Below are positions 1 through 13,021 of a stretch of DNA of 64,000 nt, in pieces. The stretch is from assembly GCF_009914755.1 (NCBI RefSeq), contig NC_060931.1. One strand, written 5' to 3'. The notes beneath the pieces are model-generated. The model made no database searches. It was not told the DNA's origin and saw only the letters and a list, made by a program, of their open reading frames with translations. This stretch comes from the human T2T-CHM13v2.0 reference genome, Homo sapiens. The translations under genes were made by a program, and so were the position numbers. The number at the start of each line of letters is the position of its first letter. Position 1 is the stretch's first letter.

Positions 1-270
1 GCACTTTGGAAGGCCAAGGTAAGTAGATCACTTGAGCCCAGGAGTTTGAAAGCAGCCTGGGCAACATGATAACACTGTAGCTCTACCAAAAATATAAAAG
101 TTAGCCAGCCATGGTGGCTTACACCTGTAGTCCCAGCTACTTGGGAAGCTGAGGTGGGAGGATCACCTGAGCCCAGAAGTCGAGGCTACAGTGAGTCATA
201 ATTGCACCACTGCACTCTAGCTTGTGTGACATAGTGAGACCTTGTCTCTTAAAAACTAAAATAAAACAAA
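1..270 (+). mobile_element. Alu (AluJ-like), 5' end cut by window edge
   Basis: gcactttgggaaggccaagg...gatcacttgagcccaggagtttga (J-type), A-rich linker, right arm, A-rich tail at ~251-270. Confidence 0.95.
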
Positions 271-284
271 ATCGAGTTTTTCTA

Positions 285-3046
285 TATGAGATTTGTCTTT
301 TATCATTCACTTACTAATTTAGTTAAGCATTTATTTATATCAATATGGACTTGTGGATTTTTATTTATATACTTAGTGTTATAATCCAATATTACATACT
401 TTTGTTGCTCAAACTGTTGCAGGTGAAACCTTTTTTTCCCAGGCTCCGTTATTATTCCCTCACTGTTATGTTTGCTTTGTTTCTTTTGGGTACATCCTTA
501 TTTCCATTGCTACAAAATGCTTCAGAATTACTGTGTATGTTCCATGACCCATATTTAGGATCAGCCATTTCTTCAGGATCTCTCTAGTTCTTTGACTGGA
601 GAGGGTATTTAGAAACCAATATCTGGATACAGGGTGTGCTTATTTTCATTGTTTCTAGGATGTATCAGCCGGCAACAAAAAAATAAATTTACACATACGA
701 ACTCATGAATATGCACATATCTATAAATATTTCTATGTGGATCTATATATATTAAGTTAAACATGAGTTCATAATGATGTCTCTCACTCTAATCCAATAC
801 CTCATTGATCATTCCATTGTTTTCCTTTTGATTTTATGTAAGCTTTAACTCCATCAGTGAGAAACCTGGCTCGGATTACCTGCCAATTGTTTACTTATTT
901 TTCAATTTCATTATACGAGTGTTAGAGTTGTTAATCAATATCCCATGAAAAACAATTTGATCTACTATACTACAGAGTTTATATTTAACTTATTTTGCCA
1001 CTAGTTTTACAGTCTCTACTCACTTCCAGAGTTGCTTGGGTCAGAAATCATGTCTCCATTTCTCTCAGTGAGGTTATTTTCTACATTTATAATGCAATCA
1101 GATTATTTTGTCACAATCTGAATTCTATCCTAGCCTTGCTCAAGCTCCTAAATAATTTTCTTTAAATTTCACACATCAATGTCCATTCATATGTGCTATA
1201 AAGTTCTATGGGTTTTGAAAAATTCATAATATCATATATCTACCATTTTGGTGTCACACAGAACTTCATCACCCTAAAAAACAAAAATCAAAACAAAAAT
1301 TCCTTGCACTTCAGCTATTCATTTTTGCAAACCACTGGCTATCACTGATCTCTTTCTGTCATTATAGTTTTGCCTTTCTCAGAATGTCAAATAAATAAAA
1401 TCATACAACATGTAGTGTTTTCAAGAATGGCTTCTTTCACTTAGAAACGTACATTTAAGATTCATCCATGGTTTTTCATGGCTCGATAGTTTATTCCTTT
1501 TTATCCTTAAATGCTATACATTTTCATAGATGCACCATGGTTCATTTATTCATTCATGTGTTGAAGGGTGTTTTGATTGCTTCCTATTTTTGGCAATTAC
1601 AAGTAAAGTGCTATAAGCATTTGTATGCAGGTTCTTGTGTAACCCAAATTAATCACATCAGTTAGTTAAATACAAAGGAGAAGAAATAGTGGGTCTTAAA
1701 GTAAGAGTATGTTTAGCTTTGTAAAAACTGCAAATCTAAAGTGGCGGAATCACTTTGCATGCCTGCCAGTATTAAACGAGAATTCCTGTTTTTCTGCAAC
1801 TTCACCAGCAATAGGTATTGTCAGTTTTTTTATTTGAACCACTGTAAGATGTGTATAATGATATCTCCTTGTTGCTTTAATTTGCATTTCCTTCAACATA
1901 ATGTTGATCATCTTACCATATGCTTATTTTGTCACCCATATTTTTTATTTAGTGAAGTATCTGTTCAGAACTTTGTCTATTTTTAATTGAATTATTTCTT
2001 GTCTTGTTCCTAAAATTTTGAGTTGTAAGTTTTCTTCTTTATGTACATTTGGATTAAATATGTATTTTGTGATGAATAGTCTTTGTATTGTCTTAAGAGC
2101 ATCTTTCACAGGAAAGTTTTTAATATTAAAAAAGCCCAAATTATCTATATTTTCTTTAATGAATTATGCTTTTAGTGTTGTATCTTCTTAGCAAAATTAT
2201 TTAGGAGCTTGAACAAGGCTAGGATAGAATGCTTTTAGTGTTGTTTTTCTTAGCAAATCCAGTGTTATAAATATTTTATCCCATGCTTTCATTTAGAAGT
2301 CTTATAGTTTTTAATTTTACTTTTAGGATTATAATCATTTTAGTTATTTTTGTGTGGGATGTAAGGTCTGTGTCTAGTTCAGTTTTTGTACAGAAACATG
2401 CAATTGTCTCAGTATCATTTGTTAAAAAAAGAATACTTTCTGTATTAAATTAGCATGCTCTTTTGTCAAAAATCAGTAGACCATACCTAATTCTGGGATT
2501 ATTCAGTTTGTTGACCTGTGTATCTATTCTTTTGCCAATACCAAACTGTTTTGATTAGAGTAGCTTTAAAGTAAGTCTTGAAATAATAGTAATATTTAAA
2601 ATAGAACCACAAATTGAAATATTTATGCATAAAATATTAACCTTTTCATTCTGATTATAGCTTCTATAAATACATCTTTTTTTTCAAGACTTGCTTTAAA
2701 GCTACTCTAATCAAAACAGTGTGGTATTGGAAAAATAATAGATACATAGATCAATGTGACTTCTCCAACTTGATTATTCTTTGATATCATTTTGCCTATT
2801 CTGTACATTTTACCTTTCACCTTTCAGAATAAATTTTTAAATCAGTTAGTCAATATCTTCAAAATTTCTTGCTGGAATTATGATTGAGATTGCATTGAAT
2901 CTATAAATGGAAAATGGAAAAAATTGACATGTCATCAATGTTGACTTTTAAAATACTTGAACATTGAATATCTCAGCATTTACACATATTCTTTTTGTAT
3001 TTATTTTATCAGTGTTTTGTAGTTTTCCATACACAGATCATTTACA
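285..3046 (-). mobile_element. Old L1M (L1MC/L1MD-like) 3' UTR plus 3' part of ORF2
   Basis: Antisense L1M 3'-end motifs (gggtatttagaaaccaatatctggatac; gaatggcttctttcacttag) and degenerate ORF2 ending at the VKDLY-ENYK-equivalent region near 3046. Confidence 0.85.
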
Positions 3047-3054
3047 AATGAGAA

Positions 3055-3565
3055 AAATAGTATGTCCTGTCAACAGATGCTGAAAAAGCATTTGACAACA
3101 TTCAACACTCATTTCTGAAAAAAAAAATTTAATAGAAATAGAAAGAAACTCAACACAATAAAGGATATATCCTTAAAACTTACAAGTAATATCATAATTA
3201 TTGTGTGAAACTGACATTTTTCTCCTAAGATTGGGAACAAGGTGAAGATGTCCTTTCTCACCATTCCTATTGAATATCAAACCAGAAGTGCTATCTAGTG
3301 CAATAAATAAGAAAATGCAATGAAAATATATACATATAAAAGAGAAATTAGCAAAATTTTCGTGATTTGAAGAAAACATGATTGTCTAGTTAGAAACCTC
3401 CAAAGAATCAAACAAAATGTCCTGGTACTAATAAGCAACTATAGCAAATCACGTGATACAAGGTTAATATGCTTTCCTATATATCATCAACCAACACCTG
3501 AAATGTAGAATTAAAAATAATAATAATAATATTCAAATAGAATGAAAAATTGAAGTATGCATAAA
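3055..3565 (+). mobile_element. L1 ORF2 RT fragment (inverted 5' segment of the adjacent L1M)
   Basis: caacagatgctgaaaaagcatttgacaac (IDAEKAFD), ctaagattgggaacaagg (LR-GTRQG), gaaaacatgattgtc, ending near the KYLGIN-equivalent. Confidence 0.85.
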
Positions 3566-5744
3566 ACTATTAATCTTTCCATTCTAATTACAGATTCCAT
3601 ATACATACACACACACATATATGCACACATATATTTTAAAATATCTATTAGGTGCATGTATAATTCTATATATTTAAAATTATATGACTGTATGTGTGTG
3701 TATAGATATAGAAAGACAGAAGGAGACAGAAGTAAATTTACTAAATCATCTAGATTTTATGCTTTTAAGGGATTATTTATATCATTCTTTAGTATTAAAC
3801 AGTTTTATGAGTATGTATTATTTTTATTATCCAAGAAATAATAAAGCTATTTTCTAGTTTTAAAAAAGTATGCTTATTACTCCTCTGAAAACAAAGATAA
3901 TACTAAATGAGCATTATTTGACTCCCCCTTTTCCTCTACTTCTTATTTTTATGCATTAGTTCTTTTCGTAATTATATTGAAAACCAGAAAAATAAGCCCA
4001 ATTCTCTGTTTAATTGCTTCCAATACTCACCATCTGTCTTTGAATAACTATTTATTAATTCTTGACATAGTTTGAGGTGTTAAGAAGACTCAGAGAGAAT
4101 TTAGTAGCTCTGAGTTTATGCTGGAACCCGTTATCAAATAAACTTCTCTTCTTCCAAAGCAATCAAGAACAGTGTGGACTTGCGAAAATATTCTCTAATA
4201 AATCAAAGAAGAAATACTATATATGCACTCCTGAAGTAGGACATATTTTTGGGGAAATTATTTTTTAAGGAAAAAATAAATTTAATTACTATTTGCAGTG
4301 TGAATTTAAATTAATTTTATGGAACAGAGAAAATGAAAAATGTGATGAAAAGTTGACTTTTTAAAGTGAAAAGTAGGTGGCTGAGAAACAAGAGCAGAAT
4401 CTGTTTGCACTAGGGAAACGGGAGCAAGATCAATACGATGAGAACGTTATCAACAACTGGAAGAGATATGAGACATTCTTAAAATTTGAAAGAAGAGTAC
4501 AGTGGAGCTAAAACAATGAAAAACAAGAAATATGGAGGAAAAATATTAATAACTGAACTCCAAAAGAAGACGTGAGAATAATAAAACAGAATGAACTAAG
4601 GCAAAATAGCCCCCTTTCTTCCTGAGGCATGGATTTGCAAATAGAAAGCAAGTGTCTCCAGAGCCCCCGAGAAACTTCTCTCTTGTGGGTATGTGTATAT
4701 GTACACACAAAATACTTTCACTTGTGCACAAAAATCCTGCGAAGTCATGTGCTGTTAAACTGAACATTTATTTCTGTTAGTCTTAAAAGAAAAAATTAGG
4801 ATGAATAGTTGAATCAAGTGATAAAATTTTATCAGTGAAACGAGTTTTACATAAGTAGTAACCACTCAAAGGGAACTTCAGCTGAGTTTGTTTATGTAAT
4901 GTAGTTTCCCACGCTTATCAAATTAGAAAGAGGAGGGTTGACAGAGTGTGCTTATTGGTGTGGGAGGGATACAAGAAAAGCAGTAGAGAGTGGGTGATCT
5001 GTTTTTTAGGTTCAATTCAAATCTGTTTGATGATTTTTTCTTTGTGGCGTTTACACAAAAGCAAGTTCCTTCTATCTTCAAATGATTTAAAAATTTGAAT
5101 CAAAAACCCCCAGAAAACCAGGAATATCAAAGTTGTTTTTGTCATCTGTTTATGGTCCTGATCCATTCTGAAGCTGCCACAGAAGAAGTGAAGGCATTTT
5201 CAATCCACGTGACAACCTTTTTAAGGCCTGTGGTCACCTTGCACTCAAACTGCACTTATATAAAACACTCCGGGGGTAAATTAGAGGCTAAACAGTAGAG
5301 GGCCTAGAAATTTGTGGAAAGAGTGTATGCCTACAACAAGATTCCAGAAATGCTGCACCTCCACCTCCCACATTTTTATGTGTGTCATGAAAATGAAAAA
5401 ATTAAAACTTTTTTCATATGATTTGGTCTCACTGGAAATTGTTAGAGTGAGTTCATTGGTGAATGTGTCTTTTTGTGAAATAATGGCCACATATAACACT
5501 CTATTTATGTATTTATTTATTGTGTTTTGGAATGGAAAAGTTACTATATACCAAAACACAGTAATATGAAAATGGTATAATTCTTCAATAGCTATTGTGA
5601 GAAAACATTGTAAATTACATAATTTTTTTTTCAAAAAAAATCTGATCTTTTATTTACTTATGTAATATTAAATGTAACCACTTAAGATGAAATCAATTCT
5701 ATCATGCTAATTCATTGTTTAGATTTTAAATGGGTTTTTTTAAG

Positions 5745-6064
5745 TCTTTTTTGTTTGTTAATTTGTTTGTTATTTTTTGTTTGAAGAAGCAGGGTCTTGC
5801 TCTGTCACCAAGGCCAGAGTGCAGCAGTATGATCATGGCTCACTGTAACTTCAAACTTCTGGGCTCAAGAGATTCTCCCATCCCAGCCTCCCAAGCAGCT
5901 GGGAGTACAGGCATGCACCACCATGCCTGGCTAATTTTTAATTTTTTTGTAGAGATGGGGTCTTGCTTTGTTGCTGAGGCTGGTCTTTAATTCCTGGGCT
6001 TGAGCCGTCCTGTCACAGCCTCCCAAATTTCTGGGATTACAGGCATGAGCCACCACACCTGCCC
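5745..6064 (-). mobile_element. Alu (AluJ-like)
   Basis: agggtcttgctctgtcacc...gggctcaag...ctgggattacaggcatgagccaccacacctgcc; degenerate T-rich tail. Confidence 0.93.
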
Positions 6065-8964
6065 AATTTCAAATGTTTATATTTTAGTTCTGAAACTTCC
6101 TTTAGACATAAACAACAAAGTTTTGGCTATCACCTCTCTTCCTATCATCTTCAGATGGAACAGTGACACTTCAAGTCTTTGTAGTTCCCAAGATGACTTC
6201 CTAAGGCACTGCACTGCTTTGTGCAGATCCTGAGCAAAATACACATTATATGATGGAATCTTCAGCCAGTTTTCAGCTCAAATGCAAGACAATGCCCTCC
6301 TACTATAACTTTAGTGCTATAAATGAATATTTTAAATGAATTTAAACACCCAAGAGGAAGCTGCTATTTTCCCACCTTTGTATATCATAAGTGTCAAGAA
6401 TATTTGCTTTGGGGCCCACTTTTTCATTTCGATATTTAGAAAGAGTCATGAAGAGAGGATTAAGGGAGAATCAGCACTGATGTCTAATTAAAACCAGAAA
6501 TCATGTAGTTTGGACAGAAAGCAGGAAATGGATACAGGTGGATGTCAGAATATTTTAGTAAATTAGAGCAATCAGCAGTTTTTAGAAGTAGGTTTCACAT
6601 ACCAAGAAAGATATGGGCAGCACAAATGACTAGAGATTGCCAGCTGTGATAAGTCTAATTAGCATTGACACACTCTTGTTAAAACATCTGTGACATGTAT
6701 ATTAAAAAAATATAACTGTGAAATACAGAGTTCTATGGATCTTTAAGTGATTGTGTTTCAAGCAGACAGGTAGCAATTTAAAGGCAATTTGTGTAATAAT
6801 AAATGATAATACAATAAAAATCTATTTAGGAGCATGGATTATTCCATTTTAAAAAAGATCGATTGATGGATAACAAAGAAAATTAAATAGAAAATAATAG
6901 AAAATGTCACTAACTCAATAGGGCATGCATTTTTGATGTTATAATAAAACTCATTCACATATTTTGTTTAAATTAGGGCCAACTGCTTGATTAACTATTC
7001 ACCATGCATCATCTACTTAAAGGGTTGGGGACCTATGAACAGTCTCTATTACATTGAAGATGCCATTTTTTGTTTCTGAAATGGAACACTTTCAACACAT
7101 TCAAAATTGTAAAATAAAAACAGTAATGTGTTGATTAAGGGGAATCACTTTCGTATCCCAAATAAACACTTTCATAGTTAATTTTTCCTTTAGAAAACAA
7201 AAACAACTTCCCATAACAAAAAATAGACATTGTGGTAGCTAAAATTCTCTTAATATAGAATAATTGTAATGATTGTGTTTGCACAGGTAATACACATGAA
7301 TTTGGAACAATGTTTTTCAATTAAAAATATAATCAATTCTGAATTCTAGGTGGGAAAGCTTGGAAGAGAGCAGACAAGTAGTACAGACTTCTGGTTTTTA
7401 CCCTTGGACCAAATATTAATAAAGGAATGCTGAGTTTGAGGGGTGGGTCTTTCCCACTCAAAGATTAGGAACAAGTTGTATTCCATCCATGGAGTCAGAT
7501 GGGGCCCATGGGGCGTGTGTAGGTAAGGTGGTCAGTGAGAAACCCTCATAGCGGGTGTTGACTATAGCTAGAACAAATCGGAAGGTCACCCAGTGTTGGG
7601 TCTGGGAGAGAGACAGGAGCAAGTATGAGGAATAGGGGCCCATAGGGACCAATTTAGTGGCGCATTGGAGTGAAAGGGATGGCCCACGTGAAAGCGGCAA
7701 AAATTACTTCCATGAAGTATAAGCCATCTTCCTTTTTTAGAATGCTTCTAGAACCCAGCCGCCAATGGTGGAGAGGACTTAATGAATCATTGCCCTGAAG
7801 AGGAATGGAAGTAAGTTCTACAGTGACATCTTTGACTTCACATCACTTGACATAGTGATTGTTGAGGCTGATAAAGATGATTCTACGTTACCTTTCATCA
7901 TTTTCTGTCCGTGTTTTCTCAACAAATTTCTGATTATTGGCTTCCAAAATAGATTTTCTAGAGAATATATTTCAGTCATCAATAGTAATTTCTTATAATT
8001 ATACATTGCTTTGTATATAATATGTTGCCATTATAGTTGATGTCTCAGCCTCTGCTTGTGGGCACTGATCTACAATAGACAATACACCTGGTTGTAGGGG
8101 TATAAAGAGTTTATTCAAGGCCGAGATCAGGCCTTGACTTAGTTTGACGTTACCAAGCCAGCTCAAATCTGAGAAGACCTGCCAAGAGATAAACCAATTC
8201 AGCTGAACATTCTTAAATTCTGTATTTCACAATCCCTAAACCAAAATAAACAATCTTGTATAGATTTTCGTAGCAGTCAAGATAGTTTCTATTTGAAATA
8301 CAGTTCTCAGAAAGATTTTACCGTGTGTAAGACCATATATTATCTCATTAATGATCTTAAGGCCTTTATTGCAGGACACTAAGCCACTCATCTGAAGAAA
8401 TTAGTTAATCAAAAGATGATTTATTTACCAAGCTACAGCATCCCGACACACAGGATAACTGGATGTGCTTTTCCTTTATTTAATTCTGTTTTCACTTATC
8501 GAGTACCTGCTCTGGGCAGAAACCTGGGTTAGTCAGTCTGTGGTAATGAAACATAATTTGCCACTAAACGAAGGCACAAAAAAAACAAGAAGTGGACAGA
8601 CCTAGAAACTACAGACTTCATCAGAAATTAAAAGTCATATTTTGGTATAACAAAAAAAAAAACTACCTCCCTATCCATTATACACTGCGCTTATTACTGT
8701 GGAAACATTTTATTAATGTTTGCAAGAGGCAAGGGTCATATGTAAAATAGCTAAAAACTTGTAAGGCCAGCAAATGATCAGTCAGAAGGTTAAAATTTGG
8801 ATACCTCCGAGCTCCCTGCCAGGTGTTCAAGCTTTAGTTGCTGGGCTAGCGTGCGTGAAGCGGGTCCTGGACTACTGGAGTGTCAGGGTCCCTCAGGCAG
8901 AACCTGTTCAATATTTTAACAGCTGATACAGCTGAATAACAGCCTGGATAATACCTGATGCATT

Positions 8965-9110
8965 GCTTTCCTCATTTTTCAGGTGAAGAAACTTGGGGCT
9001 TAAAGAGGCTAAGTTATTTCTCTTTGGTCACAGAACTAAAGTGTTGAAGCTGAAATTTGAATAAAATACTTTCTGATTCCAAAGTCTATGCTCTTAATCT
9101 CTCTTCCATA
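8965..9110 (-). mobile_element. MIR fragment
   Basis: catttttcaggtgaagaaacttggggcttaaagaggctaagtta...ggtcacag...gattccaaagtctatgctcttaa resembles the antisense MIR core. Confidence 0.75.
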
Positions 9111-11164
9111 TGTGTTACAATAAGTGAGCAAACACTGCTAGTTTTGCTTGGGGGAAGAAATAGCCAAGTCTGACTGAAGATATTTGAGGACACTGCAGAG
9201 AGTCTGGGCCTTAAAGGGGTAATCAGATTTCAGCCCACATTTAATTCCCAGTGTAATTGATAGAAGATATGTAGGCACACTCATTTCCCAGAGATATAAT
9301 CATTCAATGCTTTGGGTGAGTCATGTACTCTTATATTTATGCCTCTCCCATGATTAAAAGAAATTCTCTTTAGTACTTAATCCTGAATTAGATATTCCTA
9401 TGCTCAGTTTCTCAATTTTCAAGGGGCAATTACTTTGTTATTTTGATTTAAACTTCTTCAGTTTGTTAGCCTCAATCCTTATAATATTTAGAAGTAGCTT
9501 CTAACATGCTGAAATTTCTGAAAAAGTGTCATATATGAATAGATCTCTTTTATTAAATGAGAGAAGATTCCTGATATCCAACTCAGGGATGAATGAGCAG
9601 GGAGGTGTTGGCCTGATTGATGAACCGGATTCACCTCTGGATCCCTTCTGTATATGAGACACGAGGCTTCCCGAATCCTGGCTCTTCCCTTCCCAGCCTG
9701 TGCCTCTGTCAGTTACTCACCCTTCCTGAGCACTTTTCATTCGTGCTCCAGCCTACTTGGGGGCCTCATGGCCATCACGCTCTTGTAATAATGAAGTTCC
9801 TCCTGTTATTAAAAGATGTTTTATGTATATATAATGTATGTTTTATGTATATTAATTAAATATACGTAAAAACGTCTTTTAATAACAGAAAGCCTGTAGT
9901 GCTTTTAGAGCTATGATACAAGGGCATGCAAGGGCAGTAAACAAATCTGTATCTGACCCAGAAGATGACACCATGTGTTACTGGAGAGTGCTTCTGTGGT
10001 TGAATTAAATGAAGAAGTGATGTCCTCTCTCTGTTCAGGAGACCTGAAAACTGGAATAGAGAAGCTTGTAAGATGACTTATTTCCAGTGGGATTTCTTTA
10101 TATGAAGATATGTGAGTCTTTCTTGATCAGGCACTGTCTGCTGCTGACATGTGGGTTGGGGCCAGGTTGTTCTTTGGGCCACATTGTTCTTCTCTAGATA
10201 TTGACAATTATGTAAACCTAGGGTGAGGCTAGCAGTGACCATTCCAACACCATCATTGGGCTTCCTGGCTATTTCTGCAGACTAGCTCTACTCATAAGTG
10301 AATTTCATTGATTGCTGTTACCCCTGGTCCTTCCATCCAAACTTATGGCGTATACCACCGATATCCTGGTGTTCTCAGCAACAAAACTGATGGGAGGAAT
10401 GTCCATTCTGTGTGTACTGAGATGGGCTTGGATGTGTGTGTGGCAATACTTAGCGAATGGAAGAAAGAGTTAGTATGAAATGTATTCAGCAAGAAATAGT
10501 AAAGAAATAGATAGCTTACAAAAATCCAAAGTGTGCTTGGTAAATATGTTGTTGTCAAAACTGGTAAATATGTTGATGCAAAAACTAAATCTTACTTATC
10601 TTTGTAATCCAGGTTCAGTCGCTGTCCCTAGTATATAGATATCATTCAATAATTGTATACTAAATTAAACTGATATATTTGTGTAAATTTGCAGATAGAA
10701 GAGAATTATGCCAACAGAGCAAGAAAAACTAGAGACTAGGGAGAGATAAAATGAATTTGGCAGTGAGAGGGTATTAATTAAATATGGATGGGCAAGAAAG
10801 AATAAGCAAGCTGCAGATAAGAAAATCATGGAGCAGTGAATGAAACAAATTAGAATTAGAATTCCTATGTATCTAGACATGCATGACTTTACTTATACCC
10901 TCCATTCATTGCACTCAGTGTCTCGGGCAGGAGTGGAGAAAGAATGGAGCTGTAGAAGCATGAATCAAAATAAAAACATAGGGGTATGGTATAATTTTTT
11001 TTGCACGTGGCAGTCCCAAAATATGTACAAATATGGCTTCTGGAGATTTCCAAGTGGATGTTGCATTATTCCTTAAAATCAAAAATTTAAAGCCCTACAT
11101 TATGTACTGTGCCTCTTCTAACAGACTTTCTCAATCACCAGAATTACCTCTCTTCTAGACATCA

Positions 11165-11335
11165 TGAGCTAAGCACGTTATCAGGAAAACTGCATTTGAT
11201 CTTCACAGTAGTCACAGAATTGGAAATGGCTATGCCATTTCACAGATGGGGCAAGTGAAGTTTACAGAGGTTTAAGACGTGCAGTTTTATCCTTGGTTCC
11301 ACTGGCTCCTAAGCCAATGATTTTAACTGCTGTGT
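11165..11335 (-). mobile_element. MIR fragment
   Basis: catttgatcttcacag...ccatttcacagatggggcaagtgaagtttacagagg. Confidence 0.65.
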
Positions 11336-11439
11336 TAACAATTGCTTTTCTGATGTGGTCCAAAGCAATTTGCTTGTACCTGTATCTTAGTATATACATT
11401 TGGGTTTGCTTGAGTTGTCAATTATTTACACAGTTCTGT

Positions 11440-11590
11440 GTCCTTTTCTTGCAAGATTCCTGAGGGCTTAAAAAATAGCAGGGTTGGGGGTGGTTATATA
11501 CTAATTTTCTCTGAAAATCCTTAGTTTTGGGGACTAGAGCATGGTGATTTGCACATATTAGGCACTCATACTGATTAGTCAATAAACAAG
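11440..11590 (+). mobile_element. L2 3'-end fragment
   Basis: tagagcatggtgatttgcacatattaggcactcata resembles the L2 3' terminus. Confidence 0.5.
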
Positions 11591-12183
11591 GTAACCATAT
11601 TTTTATAAGGATTATAGTAGACTTCCTTACTTGAAAGCAGCTAAATAGCCAAATTTGTCTAAATTTGTCAAAGTCAATTAAACTATGCCCAATAAAATAG
11701 AATAAAATTGAGAAACAAAATTCAGATTACCTAGTGATTAGTACTTGATCCTATTAGATTTTTAAAAGCAAAGACCAGAGAGCTTGCAGCCTGCTTAAGG
11801 ACACACCACCAATTGGCAACAAACTCTATTAAACAAAATGAATGCTAACTGTCGTCTGCTGGAAAAACAAAGCTCTGGGGCACACAGACTCCCTTTAGCA
11901 GGAGCAGCCCTATTTTATCTGCTTTAAATATTATGCTGCCAAGTTTATTGAAAAAACTGTTTCACAGCTAAATATATTTTAAAAGCCCTGTTTTAGGAAT
12001 TAGGCTCACAGTTTCTGAGGAGAGTCTTACCTTAACCAGAGACTTTAGATTATCACATGAGCAGACATACATTCACTTTTTTCTCTGTCCAAAAGCTAAA
12101 AGTAGGTTTTCTCAATCTCCAGCCCCACAACATGATTATAGTCATCAATTTCTTATACCTGTAATTATAATATGAGGCATGAA

Positions 12184-12186
<3 letters not shown>

Positions 12187-12225
<39 letters not shown>
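12187..12225. repeat. (TG)n microsatellite, ~19 units
   Basis: Perfect TG run seen directly. Confidence 0.98.
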
Positions 12226-12227
<2 letters not shown>

Positions 12228-12682
12228 AAGGAGAATCGAAGACTATTAAGTTGGCTCTATAGAGTCTAATTCATCTTACCCCCACCAAACACCTTAGCTG
12301 TAGTGCCATGACTCAAGTCTGTTCTTGAGCATCCTATAACCTCAGAGTTATCCTTACAGTTGAAAAAATTGGGAGAAGCTTGGGCCACACTTGGAAGCTG
12401 GAAGTAGTATCCAATAAGAACAAATTTGGGAAAAATAAAAATGACTATTTTTACACTTTTGATGATTCGCTGAATGTTCAATAGACTTAAAGTGGCTGTT
12501 GGGTCCAGTTGCAGTGACAATAGCTCACTATTAACTTATCAATTACATGACCTTTTAACTAACATCTCAGAGCTGTCAGTTCTCCCCTAAATCCTAGCCA
12601 CTCTTGGGTGGCATGTAACATGCACATTAGACCACTGATGGGTTGCTTTCTAGTGTCATGTCTTCTATAAAATGCCTGCAGG

Positions 12683-13021
<339 letters not shown>

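Noticed and set aside
4414-4511. Possible coding exon after ttgcactag
   Set aside because: Weak acceptor, all frames stop within about 33 codons, no recognisable peptide and no donor
7420-8950. Possible old LTR or DNA-transposon relics
   Set aside because: The composition is suggestive but I could not match diagnostic termini or motifs with confidence
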